A stretch of DNA of 64,000 bases from contig CAVXHI010000011.1 in the NCBI GenBank assembly GCA_963761655.1, forward strand, positions 544,935 to 608,934. Direction: 5' to 3'. Position numbers and translations under genes: made by a program. This stretch comes from an uncultured Actinomycetota bacterium (GTDB lineage: Bacteria; Actinomycetota; Actinomycetes; Mycobacteriales; SCTD01). Below, piece by piece: positions 22,225 through 31,991 of the stretch. The notes beneath the pieces were generated by a model. That model was not told the origin of the DNA. It ran no database searches and was given only the letters and a program-made list of their open reading frames with translations. Each line of letters opens with the position of its first letter. The first letter of the stretch is position 1.

Positions 22225-24420
22225 CTAGAAGGTCGGGCGCGGCCGCGGCGAGCTCGGAGCCGGACGCGGCGAGGCCCGGGTCGGGGACGGCGAGGGCCGC
22301 GGTGCCGCCGTCGTCGGGCGGGGAGCCGTCGTCGGTCGCGGGCCCGCCGCGGTCGGGCGCGGCGAGGGCTTCGGCGAGGGCTTGGGCGAGGGCTTCGGTG
22401 AGGGCTTGGGCGTCGGCTTGGGCGAGGGCTTCGGCGTGAACTGCGGCGGACGGGGGCTCGGCGGCGGGCTGGGTGCCGTCGATGCCCTGGGTGGCGGCGA
22501 CGGGCTGGGCGGACCGCTGGCCGAGGACCCGGGGGCCGCCGCGGTCGGCCCGGTCGGCGCGGTCGGCCGGACGACGACGGGGGCCGGCGGTGCCTCGACC
22601 ACGACGGGAGCCCGCGCGACGACGCCGCCGGCCCGGGCGACCACGACCGCGCGCCCGGGGGCCCGGCCGCGGACCACGCCGCCCTGGTTCTGCAGGACCG
22701 CCGGGTCGGAGGACCGGATCGAGATGCCGCGGACGGCGGCGCCGGTCGCGACCCGGCCGTCGGACAGCCGGCCGCTGACCGTGAGGCGAGCCGTCTCCCC
22801 CACTGCGAGGCGCAGCGTCGCCGGGGTGAGCGTCAGGCGCAGCAGGCGGACGGCCGGAGCAGCGCCCCGCTCGCTGTCGTACGCCCGCCGCTCCTGCTCG
22901 GCCGCCGCGGCGAGCGCCGCCAGGCCGCTCTCGGTGGTGACCGGCTCGCGGAGGTCGGCGTCGTACTCCCAGCCGCGGGCGCCTGCCGGCGGGAGCCTGG
23001 CGAGGTCGTAGCGGACGACGGGGTCGCGCCGGACGACCGTGCTCGGCTCGGGCTTGAAGCGCAGCTGCCCGACGTCGGACGCCACCACCTTCGGCACGAC
23101 CTCGTCGACGCCCGCACTGACCGTGCGCGCGGTGTCGTTGGTGACGCGGGTGGCGCTGTGCAGGTGCCGGCCGTCCAGGCTCAGGGTCCAGGTGCGGTCG
23201 ACGACCAGCCGGTCGGGCCGGACCTCGGCCGGGAACTGGTACGGCGGGACCTGCACGGGCGCGGCCGGCGGTGCGAGGGCCGCGGGGGTGCCGCTGGAGC
23301 GCGACGACACCAGGGCGACGAGTCCGGCGAGCAGGGCCAGCACCACCACGACCGCCCCGCCGACCAGGGCGGCGCTGCGGCGGCTGGTCCCTGGCCCGTC
23401 GGGATCGTCGGACCGGGGCCGCAGGACGACGGCAGGGGCGGCCAGCGGCGCGAGGGGCGCTGCTGCGGGCACGCGCAGGGGGACCAGCGGACGGGTGACC
23501 GCACCGGCAGCGGGCGCGGGCGCCGGCTCGACCCGGGTGGTCGGCTCCGGTGGCACGACCTGGGCGGCGGACGTCCTGACCGGCAGCACGGGCACCGGCG
23601 GAGCGTCCGGAGCGGGTGGCCCCACGGGCGGGAGGGCCACCAGGCGGTCGAGGCCGGGGACCGCCGCGAGGCTCCGGCGGGCCTGCTCCGCGCCGGGCCG
23701 GGCCGCCGGGTCGGCGTCGAGCAGGGGCAGCAGCGCGGCGGTGAGCGCCGACGGGACGCCGGCCTCGCGCAGGAGGCCCGGACCCGGGGCGTCGCTGCCG
23801 GTGAGCAGGACGCAGAGCAGCACCCCGGCCGCCCAGACGTCGTCGGCGGGGGACGGGACGGGTCCGCTGCCGGGCGGGAGGGGGACGTCGGTCGGGCGTC
23901 CGAGCAGGCCGGCCGCGCCGTAGCCGGTGACCCGGACGACCGTCCGCAGCGGCACGGACACGTCCATGAGGACGTCGCGCTCGGACAGCGCGCCGTGCAC
24001 GAGGCCGGCGGCATGGACCTCGACGAGCCCCGACAGCACCTCCAGCACGGTGCTCACGGCCTGCCGCGGGCTGACCGTGCCGCCCTCGGCGCGCCGGGCG
24101 TCCGCGACGACGACGGCCGGGAAGCGGTCCCGCACGAGGGCGGCGACGTCGTCGTCCCCCTCGGGGACCAGGACGTGCAGCACCCCGACGACGTGACGGC
24201 CGGCGAGGCTGCGCAGGGCGTCGCCGCCGGAGGAGAGCCGCCGACGGACCCCGGCGTCGGCAGCCAGCTCGGGACGGAGCAGCTCGACCTCGACGGGGAC
24301 GCCGTCGGCCAGCCGCGTCGCGTCGTGGCGGGCGCCGTGCGGCGTCGGGCGGCCGGCACCGGGCGTCAGGGCGTACAGCCCGCCGAGCACCGCCCCGTCC
24401 GGCACCGCCCGCTCCGTCAC
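22225..24420 (-). CDS. membrane-anchored Ser/Thr-kinase-like pseudokinase with extracytoplasmic Ig-like (Big_2-type) domain and (K/T)PSP-repeat tail
   Basis: The kinase fold is retained (DDVWAAGVLLCVLLTG, DPAARP) but the catalytic motifs are degenerate: VEVELL for VAxK, LVHGALSERDVLM for HRDxKxxN, VTGYGAA for DFG. TM segment ALVGGAVVVVLALLAGLVALV. C-terminus PKPSPKPTPKPSPKPSPKPSPKPSP. Confidence 0.75.
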   Translation of the reverse strand: MTERAVPDGAVLGGLYALTPGAGRPTPHGARHDATRLADGVPVEVELLRPELAADAGVRRRLSSGGDALRSLAGRHVVGVLHVLVPEGDDDVAALVRDRFPAVVVADARRAEGGTVSPRQAVSTVLEVLSGLVEVHAAGLVHGALSERDVLMDVSVPLRTVVRVTGYGAAGLLGRPTDVPLPPGSGPVPSPADDVWAAGVLLCVLLTGSDAPGPGLLREAGVPSALTAALLPLLDADPAARPGAEQARRSLAAVPGLDRLVALPPVGPPAPDAPPVPVLPVRTSAAQVVPPEPTTRVEPAPAPAAGAVTRPLVPLRVPAAAPLAPLAAPAVVLRPRSDDPDGPGTSRRSAALVGGAVVVVLALLAGLVALVSSRSSGTPAALAPPAAPVQVPPYQFPAEVRPDRLVVDRTWTLSLDGRHLHSATRVTNDTARTVSAGVDEVVPKVVASDVGQLRFKPEPSTVVRRDPVVRYDLARLPPAGARGWEYDADLREPVTTESGLAALAAAAEQERRAYDSERGAAPAVRLLRLTLTPATLRLAVGETARLTVSGRLSDGRVATGAAVRGISIRSSDPAVLQNQGGVVRGRAPGRAVVVARAGGVVARAPVVVEAPPAPVVVRPTAPTGPTAAAPGSSASGPPSPSPPPRASTAPSPPPSPRPPQFTPKPSPKPTPKPSPKPSPKPSPKPSPRPTAAGPRPTTAPRPTTAAPRPSPSPTRASPRPAPSSPRPRPTF
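22361..22436. repeat. 12-nt tandem repeat (about 6 units, GGCGAGGGCTT[C/G]) encoding the KPSP tail of the pseudokinase
   Basis: ggcgagggcttc ggcgagggcttg ggcgagggcttc ggtgagggcttg ggcgtcggcttg ggcgagggcttc, read directly from the plus strand. Confidence 0.9.
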
Positions 24421-24429
24421 GCGAGCAGG

Positions 24430-24690
24430 CTACGGCGGCGTCGGCACGCTGTTCGCGAGCAGCAGCACCCCCGTGCCGAGCAGCAGGAGCACCGCGGCGT
24501 CCAGGCCGCGGCTGCGGACCGCCAGCATCCCGGCCCCCCGCTCGGGCAGGCTGGTGCGCAGCGCGGCGGCGACCAGGAGCGCCACCCCGACGACGTAGCA
24601 GCCGGCCCGCCAGTCGAGCAGCGCCGCCACCGCGATCCCGGCCCCGACGGCGAGCAGCACCAGCCCGCCCGGGAGCTCCCGCACGCCCAC
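24430..24690 (-). CDS. small two-TM membrane protein (DUF3017-like)
   Basis: 86 aa with two hydrophobic helices. Its position next to folD matches the small membrane gene found there in other actinobacteria. Confidence 0.6.
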   Translation of the reverse strand: MGVRELPGGLVLLAVGAGIAVAALLDWRAGCYVVGVALLVAAALRTSLPERGAGMLAVRSRGLDAAVLLLLGTGVLLLANSVPTPP

Positions 24691-24868
24691 CCCCGCCTCG
24701 TCGTCCGCCGCGAGGACTCTACGCAGCGAGCGTGGTCACGCGGTGTGCACGGCAGCAGCATGGGTAACCGCCGACTGACAGGGGGACCTGCCCCCGCGGC
24801 ACGGTCCTGTCCCCACCGCGCCACCCCTGCCCGCCACCCCCGGGCTGCAGCACGAGGAGACGCCCACC

Positions 24869-25480
24869 GTGGACACCCCCCACCTCCGGCTCGAGGACAG
24901 CGGCGAGACCTTCCCGCTGCGGGAGGACGTCACGACGGTCGGCCGCGGCGCGGGGGTCGACATCGCGCTGTCCGACCCGAGCGTGTCGCGGCTGCACGCC
25001 GAGATCGTCCGGCGCGGCGGACACGTGTACGTGTCGGACCTCGGACTGTCGGTCAACGGGACCCGCGTCAACGGCCGGCCGGTCGGTCGGCGGGTCCTGC
25101 TCGAGGGCGACGTCCTGTCCTTCGGCGCCGCCCGCACCCGGGTCGGCGGTCTCGTCCGGGCCGACGTCGACGACACCGTCGAGGTGCGGCGCATCTCCGC
25201 TCCCGACCTCACCCGACGCGAGCTCGAGGTCCTCACGTCGCTGTGCCGGCCGGCGCTGCTGCAGGAGGCGTTCGTCGCCCCCAGCACCGCCAAGGACATC
25301 GCCGACGAGCTCGTCGTCACCGAGGCCGCCGTCAAGCAGCACCTGCTGCGGCTCTACCAGAAGTTCCGGATCGCCGAGGGCGTCAACCGCCGGGCCCGGC
25401 TGGCCAACGAGGTCATCAGCGCCGGGGTCGTGCGGCCGCTGCCGACCGACGTCGAGGCCGACGTCCGCCGGGCGGGCTAG
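24869..25480 (+). CDS. FHA domain / LuxR-type HTH fusion transcriptional regulator
   Basis: N-terminal FHA pattern ([54 protein letters not shown]). C-terminal LTRRELEVL...[33 protein letters not shown] lies before GTG 24869. Confidence 0.8.
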   Translation: MDTPHLRLEDSGETFPLREDVTTVGRGAGVDIALSDPSVSRLHAEIVRRGGHVYVSDLGLSVNGTRVNGRPVGRRVLLEGDVLSFGAARTRVGGLVRADVDDTVEVRRISAPDLTRRELEVLTSLCRPALLQEAFVAPSTAKDIADELVVTEAAVKQHLLRLYQKFRIAEGVNRRARLANEVISAGVVRPLPTDVEADVRRAG

Positions 25481-26331
25481 GAAGCGCTCCGCTCCGCGGC
25501 CTCGACGACGGCCGTCAGCAGCATCGCGACCGTCATCGGTCCGACCCCGCCCGGGTTCGGCGCCAGGAAGCCCGCCACGTCCTTGACGTCCGGGGCGACG
25601 TCGCCGGCGACCGTGCCGTCGGCGCGGCGCGACACCCCGACGTCGAGGACGGCGGCGCCCGGCTTCACGAGGTCGGCGGTGACGAGGTCCGCGACCCCGG
25701 CAGCGGCGATGACGACGTCGGCCGCACGCAGGTGCGACGCGAGGTCCTTCGTGCCGGTGTGGCACAGGGTCACGGTGGCGTTCTCGGACCGACGGGTCAG
25801 CAGCAGCCCCATCGGGCGGCCGACCGTGACCCCGCGCCCGACGACGACGACCTCCGCACCGGCCAGCGGGACGTCGTAGGCGCGCAGCAGCGCGACGATC
25901 CCCCGCGGCGTGCACGGCAGCGGAGCCTCCTGGCCCAGCACGAGGCGGCCGAGGTTGACCGGGTGCAGGCCGTCGGCGTCCTTGTCGGGGTCGATCCGGC
26001 CGAGGACGGCGTTGGTGTCGATGCCCTTCGGCAGCGGCAGCTGGACGATGTAGCCGGTGCAGGCGGGGTCGGCGTTGAGCTCGTCGACGACCGCCTCGAT
26101 CTCGGCCTGCGTCGCCGTACCGGGCAGCACCTTCTGGATGCTCGCGATGCCGACCTCGGCGCAGGCCTTGTGCTTCATGCCGACGTACCTGCTCGAGCCG
26201 ACGTCGTCGCCGACCAGCAGCGTGCCGAGCCCGGGGACGACGCCCTTCGCGCCGAGCGCGGTGGCCCGCTCCGCGAGGTCGGCGCGGACCTTCGCGCTGG
26301 TGGCCCTGCCGTCGAGGATCGTCGCTGTCAC
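25477..26331 (-). CDS. folD: bifunctional methylenetetrahydrofolate dehydrogenase/methenyltetrahydrofolate cyclohydrolase
   Basis: [43 protein letters not shown] and [10 protein letters not shown]. The stop overlaps the FHA-LuxR stop on the other strand (CTAG). Confidence 0.95.
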   Translation of the reverse strand: MTATILDGRATSAKVRADLAERATALGAKGVVPGLGTLLVGDDVGSSRYVGMKHKACAEVGIASIQKVLPGTATQAEIEAVVDELNADPACTGYIVQLPLPKGIDTNAVLGRIDPDKDADGLHPVNLGRLVLGQEAPLPCTPRGIVALLRAYDVPLAGAEVVVVGRGVTVGRPMGLLLTRRSENATVTLCHTGTKDLASHLRAADVVIAAAGVADLVTADLVKPGAAVLDVGVSRRADGTVAGDVAPDVKDVAGFLAPNPGGVGPMTVAMLLTAVVEAAERSAS

Positions 26332-26354
26332 CCGCGCGAGCCTAGTCTCCGGCG

Positions 26355-26960
26355 GTGACCTTCCCCGAGGGCTGGTTCGACCGTCAGGACGAGCGCCCGG
26401 ACACCGAGTTCTACGCCGCCCCCCGCCTCGTGACGCACCTGGACGACGCCGCGATCGCGGCCGTGTCCGACCTCTACGAGGAGCTCGGCCTCGACGGTGA
26501 CGTCCTCGACCTCATGAGCTCCTGGGTCTCGCACTTCCGCACGCCGCCCCGGTCGCTGACCGTCCTCGGCCTCAACGCCGTCGAGCTCGACGCCAACCCG
26601 CTGGCGACGTCGCGCGTGGTGCACGACCTCAACGCCGACCCGGCGCTCCCCTTCGCGGACGGCTCCTTCGACGCCGTCGTCAACTGCGTGTCCATCGACT
26701 ACCTGGTGCGGCCGGTCGAGGTGCTCGCCGAGGCCGCCCGGGTGCTGCGGCCGGGGGGCGTGAGCGTCTGCACCTTCAGCAACCGGATGTTCTCCACCAA
26801 GGCCGTCCGCGGCTGGCTGTCGGTCAGCGAGCAGGACCGGCCGCTGGTCGTCGCCGAGTACCACCGGCAGGCGGGCCTGTTCGACGAGCCGGTCGTGCAG
26901 CAGCGCCTCGACGGCCGGCGGTCGGACCCGCTCTGGGCGGTCTGGGCGAGGCGGACGTGA
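26355..26960 (+). CDS. class I SAM-dependent methyltransferase
   Basis: VLDLMSSW (motif I-like), [16 protein letters not shown] and VLRPGGV. Confidence 0.7.
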   Translation: MTFPEGWFDRQDERPDTEFYAAPRLVTHLDDAAIAAVSDLYEELGLDGDVLDLMSSWVSHFRTPPRSLTVLGLNAVELDANPLATSRVVHDLNADPALPFADGSFDAVVNCVSIDYLVRPVEVLAEAARVLRPGGVSVCTFSNRMFSTKAVRGWLSVSEQDRPLVVAEYHRQAGLFDEPVVQQRLDGRRSDPLWAVWARRT

Positions 26961-27508
26961 CCCGCGAGCAGTTCTGGCAACTGGTCGGCGTGTCCCTGTC
27001 GGACGCGGAGGCGGTGCCCGCCGTGTCGCGCCGGCTGCTGCGCCGGTCCGTCGTCCTGCGGCCCGGGCAGCGGCACGTCCGCGCGCTCGAGCTGCTGCTG
27101 GCCGAGCTCCCCGACGCCGAGCTGCTGTCGTTCCAGACGCACCTCGACGCCCTCCGCGACGACGCCCGGACCTGGGAGCTGCACGGCGCCGGACAGCTCG
27201 CCTGCGGCGGCCTCGGCGACGACGGCTTCAGCGACCTCCGCACCTGGCTGGTGTCCCAGGGCCGGGCGGCGTACGAGCGGGTGCTCGGGGAGCCGGACGC
27301 GCTGGTCGACGTCGCCCCTCCTGACCTCGACGAGCGGATCGACGACGCCGAGGGCTGGGGCTACGTCGCCCTCGAGCTCTGGGACGCCCGGCGCGACGGG
27401 GAGATGCCCCGGCCCGCGTTCGGCGGCGACGAGGTGCGCGGCGCGCTGGTCACGGACCCGCAGGTCCGCTACCCGCGGCTGTGGGCGCGGTACGGGAGGA
27501 CGACGTGA
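26957..27508 (+). CDS. DUF4240-like protein
   Basis: GTGA overlap with the upstream stop. Soluble 183 aa. The [10 protein letters not shown]... and DDGFSDLRTWLVSQGRAAYE pattern resembles DUF4240. The family call is by resemblance. Confidence 0.55.
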   Translation: MTREQFWQLVGVSLSDAEAVPAVSRRLLRRSVVLRPGQRHVRALELLLAELPDAELLSFQTHLDALRDDARTWELHGAGQLACGGLGDDGFSDLRTWLVSQGRAAYERVLGEPDALVDVAPPDLDERIDDAEGWGYVALELWDARRDGEMPRPAFGGDEVRGALVTDPQVRYPRLWARYGRTT

Positions 27509-28119
27509 GCGCCGAGGTCGAGGTCAGCGCGGTCGGCGTCGCCTGGGCGACGCCGGACCAGGTGTCGATCAGCCTGGGCGTGGAGGTGTCGGCGGCCACC
27601 GTCGGGGCGGCCGTCGAGGGTGCGTCCTCGGCGGTGGCGGACCTGGTCGCCGGCCTCGACGACGGTGGTGTCCCAGCCAGCCGCCGGCGCACGACCGGGC
27701 TGTTCGTCCAGCAGCAGTGGGCCGGCGAGGGCGTCCCCGCGGCGCACCAGGCCCGCTACGTGCTGGACGTCGTCGTGGACACCCTCGACGGCGCCGGCCG
27801 GCTGGTGCAGGACCTCGCGGTCCGGGTCGGCGACGCCCTGCGGGTGCACCAGTTCGCGCTCGGCGCGTTCGACCTGCAGCCGCAGGAGGCCCAGGCACGG
27901 GCCGACGCCGTCCGGTCCTGCCGGGCGCAGGCGGAGCAGCTGGCCGCTGCCGCCGGGGCGCGGCTCGGCGACCTGCTGCACCTGCGCGAGGGCGGCGACG
28001 TCGTCCGCACCGGCAGGGCTATGGCGGGACGGCTCGAGTCCGGCGCCGGGATGCCGGTCGAGGGCGGCGCCCTGTCGGTGTCGGTGGTCGTGACCGGCCG
28101 GTGGGAGCTCCTGGTCTAG
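27505..28119 (+). CDS. SIMPL (DUF541)-like protein
   Basis: GTGA overlap, with GGGAGGA upstream. The layout (VSAVGVAWATPDQVSISLGVEV ... AVRSCRAQAEQLAAAAGARLG) resembles SIMPL-domain proteins. Confidence 0.55.
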   Translation: MSAEVEVSAVGVAWATPDQVSISLGVEVSAATVGAAVEGASSAVADLVAGLDDGGVPASRRRTTGLFVQQQWAGEGVPAAHQARYVLDVVVDTLDGAGRLVQDLAVRVGDALRVHQFALGAFDLQPQEAQARADAVRSCRAQAEQLAAAAGARLGDLLHLREGGDVVRTGRAMAGRLESGAGMPVEGGALSVSVVVTGRWELLV

Positions 28120-29069
28120 CCCGCGACGGCTGCGACCGGCGCGGCCGTGGCCTCGCCGGCGAGCAGGCTGTCGCGCCACGCCCCGGGGTCGTGGACGGCC
28201 GGCGACGTCTCGGCGAGGAAGCGCTCGAGCAGGGCGACGAACCGGTCGGGGTCGGTGCGGTGGGGCTGGTGACCGGCGCGGGGGACGACCTCGAGCCGGG
28301 CGGCGGGCAGCAGGTCGGCGCAGAGCCGGGCGTGGGCGACGGGCAGGACCGGGTCGCGGTCGCCCCAGACCAGCAGGGTCGGGACGCGGGCGGCGAGGTA
28401 GAGCCGGTCGGCGCTGCTGACGCTCTGCCCGCGCAGGTCGACGACGCCGCGCAGCGTCCGCAGGAACGCCGACCGCGTGGACGCGTCGCGCAGGCCGGCC
28501 CACACGTGGGTCACCTCGTCGACGTCCCACGGGTCGACCAGACCGGCCCAGGCCGCCAGCCGGGCCGCCCAGACCACGGGGACCCGGACGGGCGGCAGCA
28601 CGCTTCCGGCGATGGCCGCGCTCGCTCCGGGCAGGACGGCCAGGCGGAGCAGAGGCGTGACCTCGCTGCCGAGCCCGCCGCTGGCCACCAGCACGAGGCG
28701 CTCGCACAGCTCGGGGTACTGGTAGGCCAGCTGCTGGGCGATCCCGCCGCCGAGCGAGTGCCCGACCACGGTGGCCCGCTCCACCCCGAGCACGCACAGC
28801 AGGTCGCGCATGCCGTTGGCGAACCCGCCGACCGAGTAGTCGGCCCGAGGCTTGTCGGAGGCGCCGTGCCCGAGCAGGTCGGGAGCGACGACGGTCCGGC
28901 CGGGACGGGCGAGCCGGGGCAGGACCTCCGACCAGGTGCGGTTCGTGTCGCCGATGCCGTGCACGAGCAGCAGGACCGGAGCCGTCCCGGGCTCGGCACC
29001 CGCCCACCGGTAGGACCGCCGGTGGCCGTGCAGCACCACCGACTCCTGGCGCACCCTCGACTCCCGCAC
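28116..29069 (-). CDS. alpha/beta hydrolase
   Basis: LLLVHGIGD, nucleophile elbow GHSLGG, and late GHQPH histidine motif. GTG start is 29069 (or 29054). Confidence 0.8.
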   Translation of the reverse strand: MRESRVRQESVVLHGHRRSYRWAGAEPGTAPVLLLVHGIGDTNRTWSEVLPRLARPGRTVVAPDLLGHGASDKPRADYSVGGFANGMRDLLCVLGVERATVVGHSLGGGIAQQLAYQYPELCERLVLVASGGLGSEVTPLLRLAVLPGASAAIAGSVLPPVRVPVVWAARLAAWAGLVDPWDVDEVTHVWAGLRDASTRSAFLRTLRGVVDLRGQSVSSADRLYLAARVPTLLVWGDRDPVLPVAHARLCADLLPAARLEVVPRAGHQPHRTDPDRFVALLERFLAETSPAVHDPGAWRDSLLAGEATAAPVAAVAG

Positions 29070-29110
29070 GGGACCAGCCTGCCGCAGCCGTGTGTCGTCC
29101 GTGTGACACC

Positions 29111-29671
29111 TCACCCGACCTCCGCTCCGCGCTCGCGGGCGAGCAGCACCGCGGTCTCGACGTCGATCCGGACGCCCGCCCACTCGACGCCCGACAGGTC
29201 GGTACCGGCCAGGTCGGCCCCGCGCAGGTCCGCCCCCTTCACCCTGGCGCCGCGCAGCCGCGCCCGGGACAGGTCCGCTCCGGACAGGTCGCAGGTGCGG
29301 AGGTCGGCGTCGGACAGGTCGGCCTCCGCCAGCCGGACACCGGTGAGCGCCACCCCGCGCAGGTCGGCCCCGCGCAGCACGGCGTAGCCCCAGTCGCCGC
29401 CCTCGACGGTCATGGACCGCAGGTCGCAGCGCAGGAACGTCGTGCCGGTCGTCTTGCAGCCGCTCCACCGGGAGAACCCGAGGCGGGCCCGCTCCAGCCG
29501 GCACCCGAGGAACGCGCACCCCTCGAGCACCGCGCTGGTCAGGTCCGCACCCGACAGGTCGCAGTCCTCGAAGACGCACCGGCGCAGGACGGCCTCGGAC
29601 AGGTCGGCGTGCAGCAGCTTCTCGCCGGTGAAGCGGAGGCCGGCGTGCTCCTCCTGCGCGAGGTCGAGCAC
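29111..29671 (-). CDS. pentapeptide repeat protein
   Basis: Continuous A(D/N)LxX repeats (ADLSEAVLRRCVFEDCDLSGADLTSAVLEGCAFLGCRLERARL...). GTG 29671 is preceded by GGAGA and lies 14 nt after the purH stop. Confidence 0.8.
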   Translation of the reverse strand: MLDLAQEEHAGLRFTGEKLLHADLSEAVLRRCVFEDCDLSGADLTSAVLEGCAFLGCRLERARLGFSRWSGCKTTGTTFLRCDLRSMTVEGGDWGYAVLRGADLRGVALTGVRLAEADLSDADLRTCDLSGADLSRARLRGARVKGADLRGADLAGTDLSGVEWAGVRIDVETAVLLARERGAEVG

Positions 29672-29685
29672 GCCGTCTCCAGGTG

Positions 29686-31230
29686 TCAGTGGAAGAAGTG
29701 CCGCGTGCCCGTGAGGTACAGGGTCACGCCTGCCGCGGCGGCCGCCGCCACGACCTCCTCGTCGCGCACCGACCCGCCCGGCTGCACGACGGCGGAGACC
29801 CCGGCGTCGAGCAGGACCTGCAGGCCGTCGGCGAAGGGGAAGAAGGCGTCCGACGCCGCCACCGAGCCGCGGGCCCGGTCGCCGGCGCGGGCGACGGCGA
29901 GCTTGGCGGAGTCGACCCGGTTGACCTGCCCCATGCCGACGCCGACGGTCGCCCCGCCGGACGCCAGCAGGATGGCGTTGCTCTTCACCGCGCGGCAGGC
30001 CCGCCAGGCGAACTGCAGGTCGGCGAGGTCCGCGACGGGCTCCCCCGTGGCGAGGGTCCAGCCGTCGGGGGTGTCGCCCGGGGCGTCGAGCGCGTCGGCC
30101 TGCTGCACGAGCAGCCCGCCGCACACCTGCCGCACCTCGAGCCCGCGACCACCGTGGCCGGTCGTGCGCAGGACCCGGATGCTGGGCTTGCGGCTGAGCA
30201 CCTCGACGGCGCCGTCGGCGTAGGACGGCGCGACGATCACCTCGGTGAAGACCTCGGCCACCTGCTCGGCCATGGCCACGGTGACCTCCGCGTTGGTCGC
30301 GATGACGCCGCCGAACGCGCTGACCGGGTCGCAGGCGTGCGCCTTGCGGTGCGCCTCCGCCGTGTCTGCCCCGGTGGCGATGCCGCACGGGTTGGCGTGC
30401 TTGATGATCGCGACGGTCGGGCCGTCGAAGTCGTTCGCGGCACGCAGGGCGGCGTCGGTGTCGACGTAGTTGTTGTAGCTCATGGCCTTGCCGTGCAGCT
30501 GCTCGGCGTTGGCGAGCGTGTCGCCGAGGCCCGGCGCGACGTAGAGCGCGGCGCTCTGGTGCGGGTTCTCGCCGTAGCGCAGCACGGCGCTCCGCGTGTA
30601 CGTCGCCCCGAGGAAGTCCGGGAACGGCTCGTCCCCGGCGTCGTAGCTGCTGGTGAACCACGAGGCGACGGCGACGTCGTAGGCCGCTGTGTGCTGGAAG
30701 GCCAGGCTGGCGAGGCGGCGGCGCTGCGCGAAGGTCGAGCCCTCCGCGAGCATCTGCGCGACCTCGCCGTAGCTGTCGGGCGAGACGACGACGGCCACCG
30801 ACGGGTGGTTCTTGGCGGCCGCGCGGACCATCGTCGGGCCGCCGATGTCGATCTGCTCGACGCACTCGTCCGGGGCGGCGCCCGAGGCGACCGTGTCGGT
30901 GAACGGGTAGAGGTTCACGACGACGAGGTCGAACGGGGCGACGCCGAGGTCCTCGAGCTGCTGCACGTGGTCCGGCAGCCGGCGGTCGGCGAGGATGCCG
31001 GCGTGCACCTTCGGGTGCAGGGTCTTGACCCGGCCGTCGAGGCACTCGGGGAAGCCGGTGAGCTGGTCGACCGGGACGACGTCGACGCCGGCCTCGCGCA
31101 GCCGGGCGGCGGTCGAGCCGGTGCTGACGACCTCGACGCCGGCCGCCTGCAGGGCCCGGCCGAGCTCCTCGAGCCCGGTCTTGTCGTAGACGCTGACCAG
31201 GGCGCGCTTGATCTGGATGGTGTCACTCAC
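29686..31230 (-). CDS. purH: bifunctional AICAR transformylase / IMP cyclohydrolase
   Basis: [50 protein letters not shown] and the C-terminus [12 protein letters not shown] 31230 has GAGGAGG upstream. Confidence 0.95.
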   Translation of the reverse strand: MSDTIQIKRALVSVYDKTGLEELGRALQAAGVEVVSTGSTAARLREAGVDVVPVDQLTGFPECLDGRVKTLHPKVHAGILADRRLPDHVQQLEDLGVAPFDLVVVNLYPFTDTVASGAAPDECVEQIDIGGPTMVRAAAKNHPSVAVVVSPDSYGEVAQMLAEGSTFAQRRRLASLAFQHTAAYDVAVASWFTSSYDAGDEPFPDFLGATYTRSAVLRYGENPHQSAALYVAPGLGDTLANAEQLHGKAMSYNNYVDTDAALRAANDFDGPTVAIIKHANPCGIATGADTAEAHRKAHACDPVSAFGGVIATNAEVTVAMAEQVAEVFTEVIVAPSYADGAVEVLSRKPSIRVLRTTGHGGRGLEVRQVCGGLLVQQADALDAPGDTPDGWTLATGEPVADLADLQFAWRACRAVKSNAILLASGGATVGVGMGQVNRVDSAKLAVARAGDRARGSVAASDAFFPFADGLQVLLDAGVSAVVQPGGSVRDEEVVAAAAAAGVTLYLTGTRHFFH

Positions 31231-31344
31231 AGGGGCCTCCTCGGGTGCGGTGGGGGCCCAGGCGCGCGGCGGGCGTCGAGACGACGCGGGGCCGCTCCCC
31301 GGTGGTGGTCCACCTGCAGCGCCAGTCACGGTCCCGGGAGGAGG

Positions 31345-31929
31345 TTAGAGGACGACGGTGCGGCCCTGCACGTGCCACCCGCCACGCGCCAGGCGCGCCA
31401 CCGCGTCGACGTACAGCGGCTGCTCGACGTCCTGGATCCGGGCGTGCAGGGACTGCTCGGTGTCGTGGGCGTGCACGGGGACCGCGGCCTGTGCCACGAC
31501 CGGACCGGTGTCGACGCCCTCGTCGACGAGGTGCACGGTGACGCCGGTGACCTTGACGCCGTAGGCCAGGGCGTCGGCGACGGCGTGCGCGCCGGGGAAG
31601 CTCGGCAGCAGCGCCGGGTGGGTGTTGGTGACGGTGAAGCGGGACAGGAAGCCGGGCCCGAGGATGCGCATGAAGCCGGCGCAGACGACGAGGTCGGGCT
31701 CGTGCGCGGCGACGGCGTCGGCGAGCTCGACGTCCCACTGCTCGCGGGGCTGCCGGAGCGGCACGGTGAAGGTCGGCAGCGAGCCGGCGCGCTCCAGTGC
31801 CCGGGCCCCGGGCCGGTCCGTCCCGACGGCGACGACGCGGGCCGGGTAGTCGCCGACGGCGGCGTCGAGCAAGGCCTGCAGGGTGCGCCCCTCGCCGGAC
31901 GCGAGGACGACCAGGCGGGCGGACAGCAG
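31345..31929 (-). CDS. purN: phosphoribosylglycinamide formyltransferase (start codon unresolved)
   Basis: RLVVLASGEGRTLQALLDAAVGDYPARVV, GFMRIL, NTHPALLPSFPG, VTVHLVDEGVDTGP. The first ATG/GTG/TTG is TTG 31872, downstream of the conserved LVVLASG loop. The 5' limit here is set at an in-frame CTG (31929). Confidence 0.85.
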   Translation of the reverse strand: MLSARLVVLASGEGRTLQALLDAAVGDYPARVVAVGTDRPGARALERAGSLPTFTVPLRQPREQWDVELADAVAAHEPDLVVCAGFMRILGPGFLSRFTVTNTHPALLPSFPGAHAVADALAYGVKVTGVTVHLVDEGVDTGPVVAQAAVPVHAHDTEQSLHARIQDVEQPLYVDAVARLARGGWHVQGRTVVL

Positions 31930-31991
31930 GACCTCGCGGGGTGGCGGGCGGACGGGACCTCGGCAGGGTAGCGAGGCCCCGTCGCCGACCG

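Noticed and set aside
22225-24420. Annotating this gene as an active Ser/Thr protein kinase.
   Set aside because: The catalytic Lys (VAxK), HRD Asp, catalytic-loop Asn and DFG Asp are all replaced, and the Gly-rich loop is absent. It is called a pseudokinase instead.
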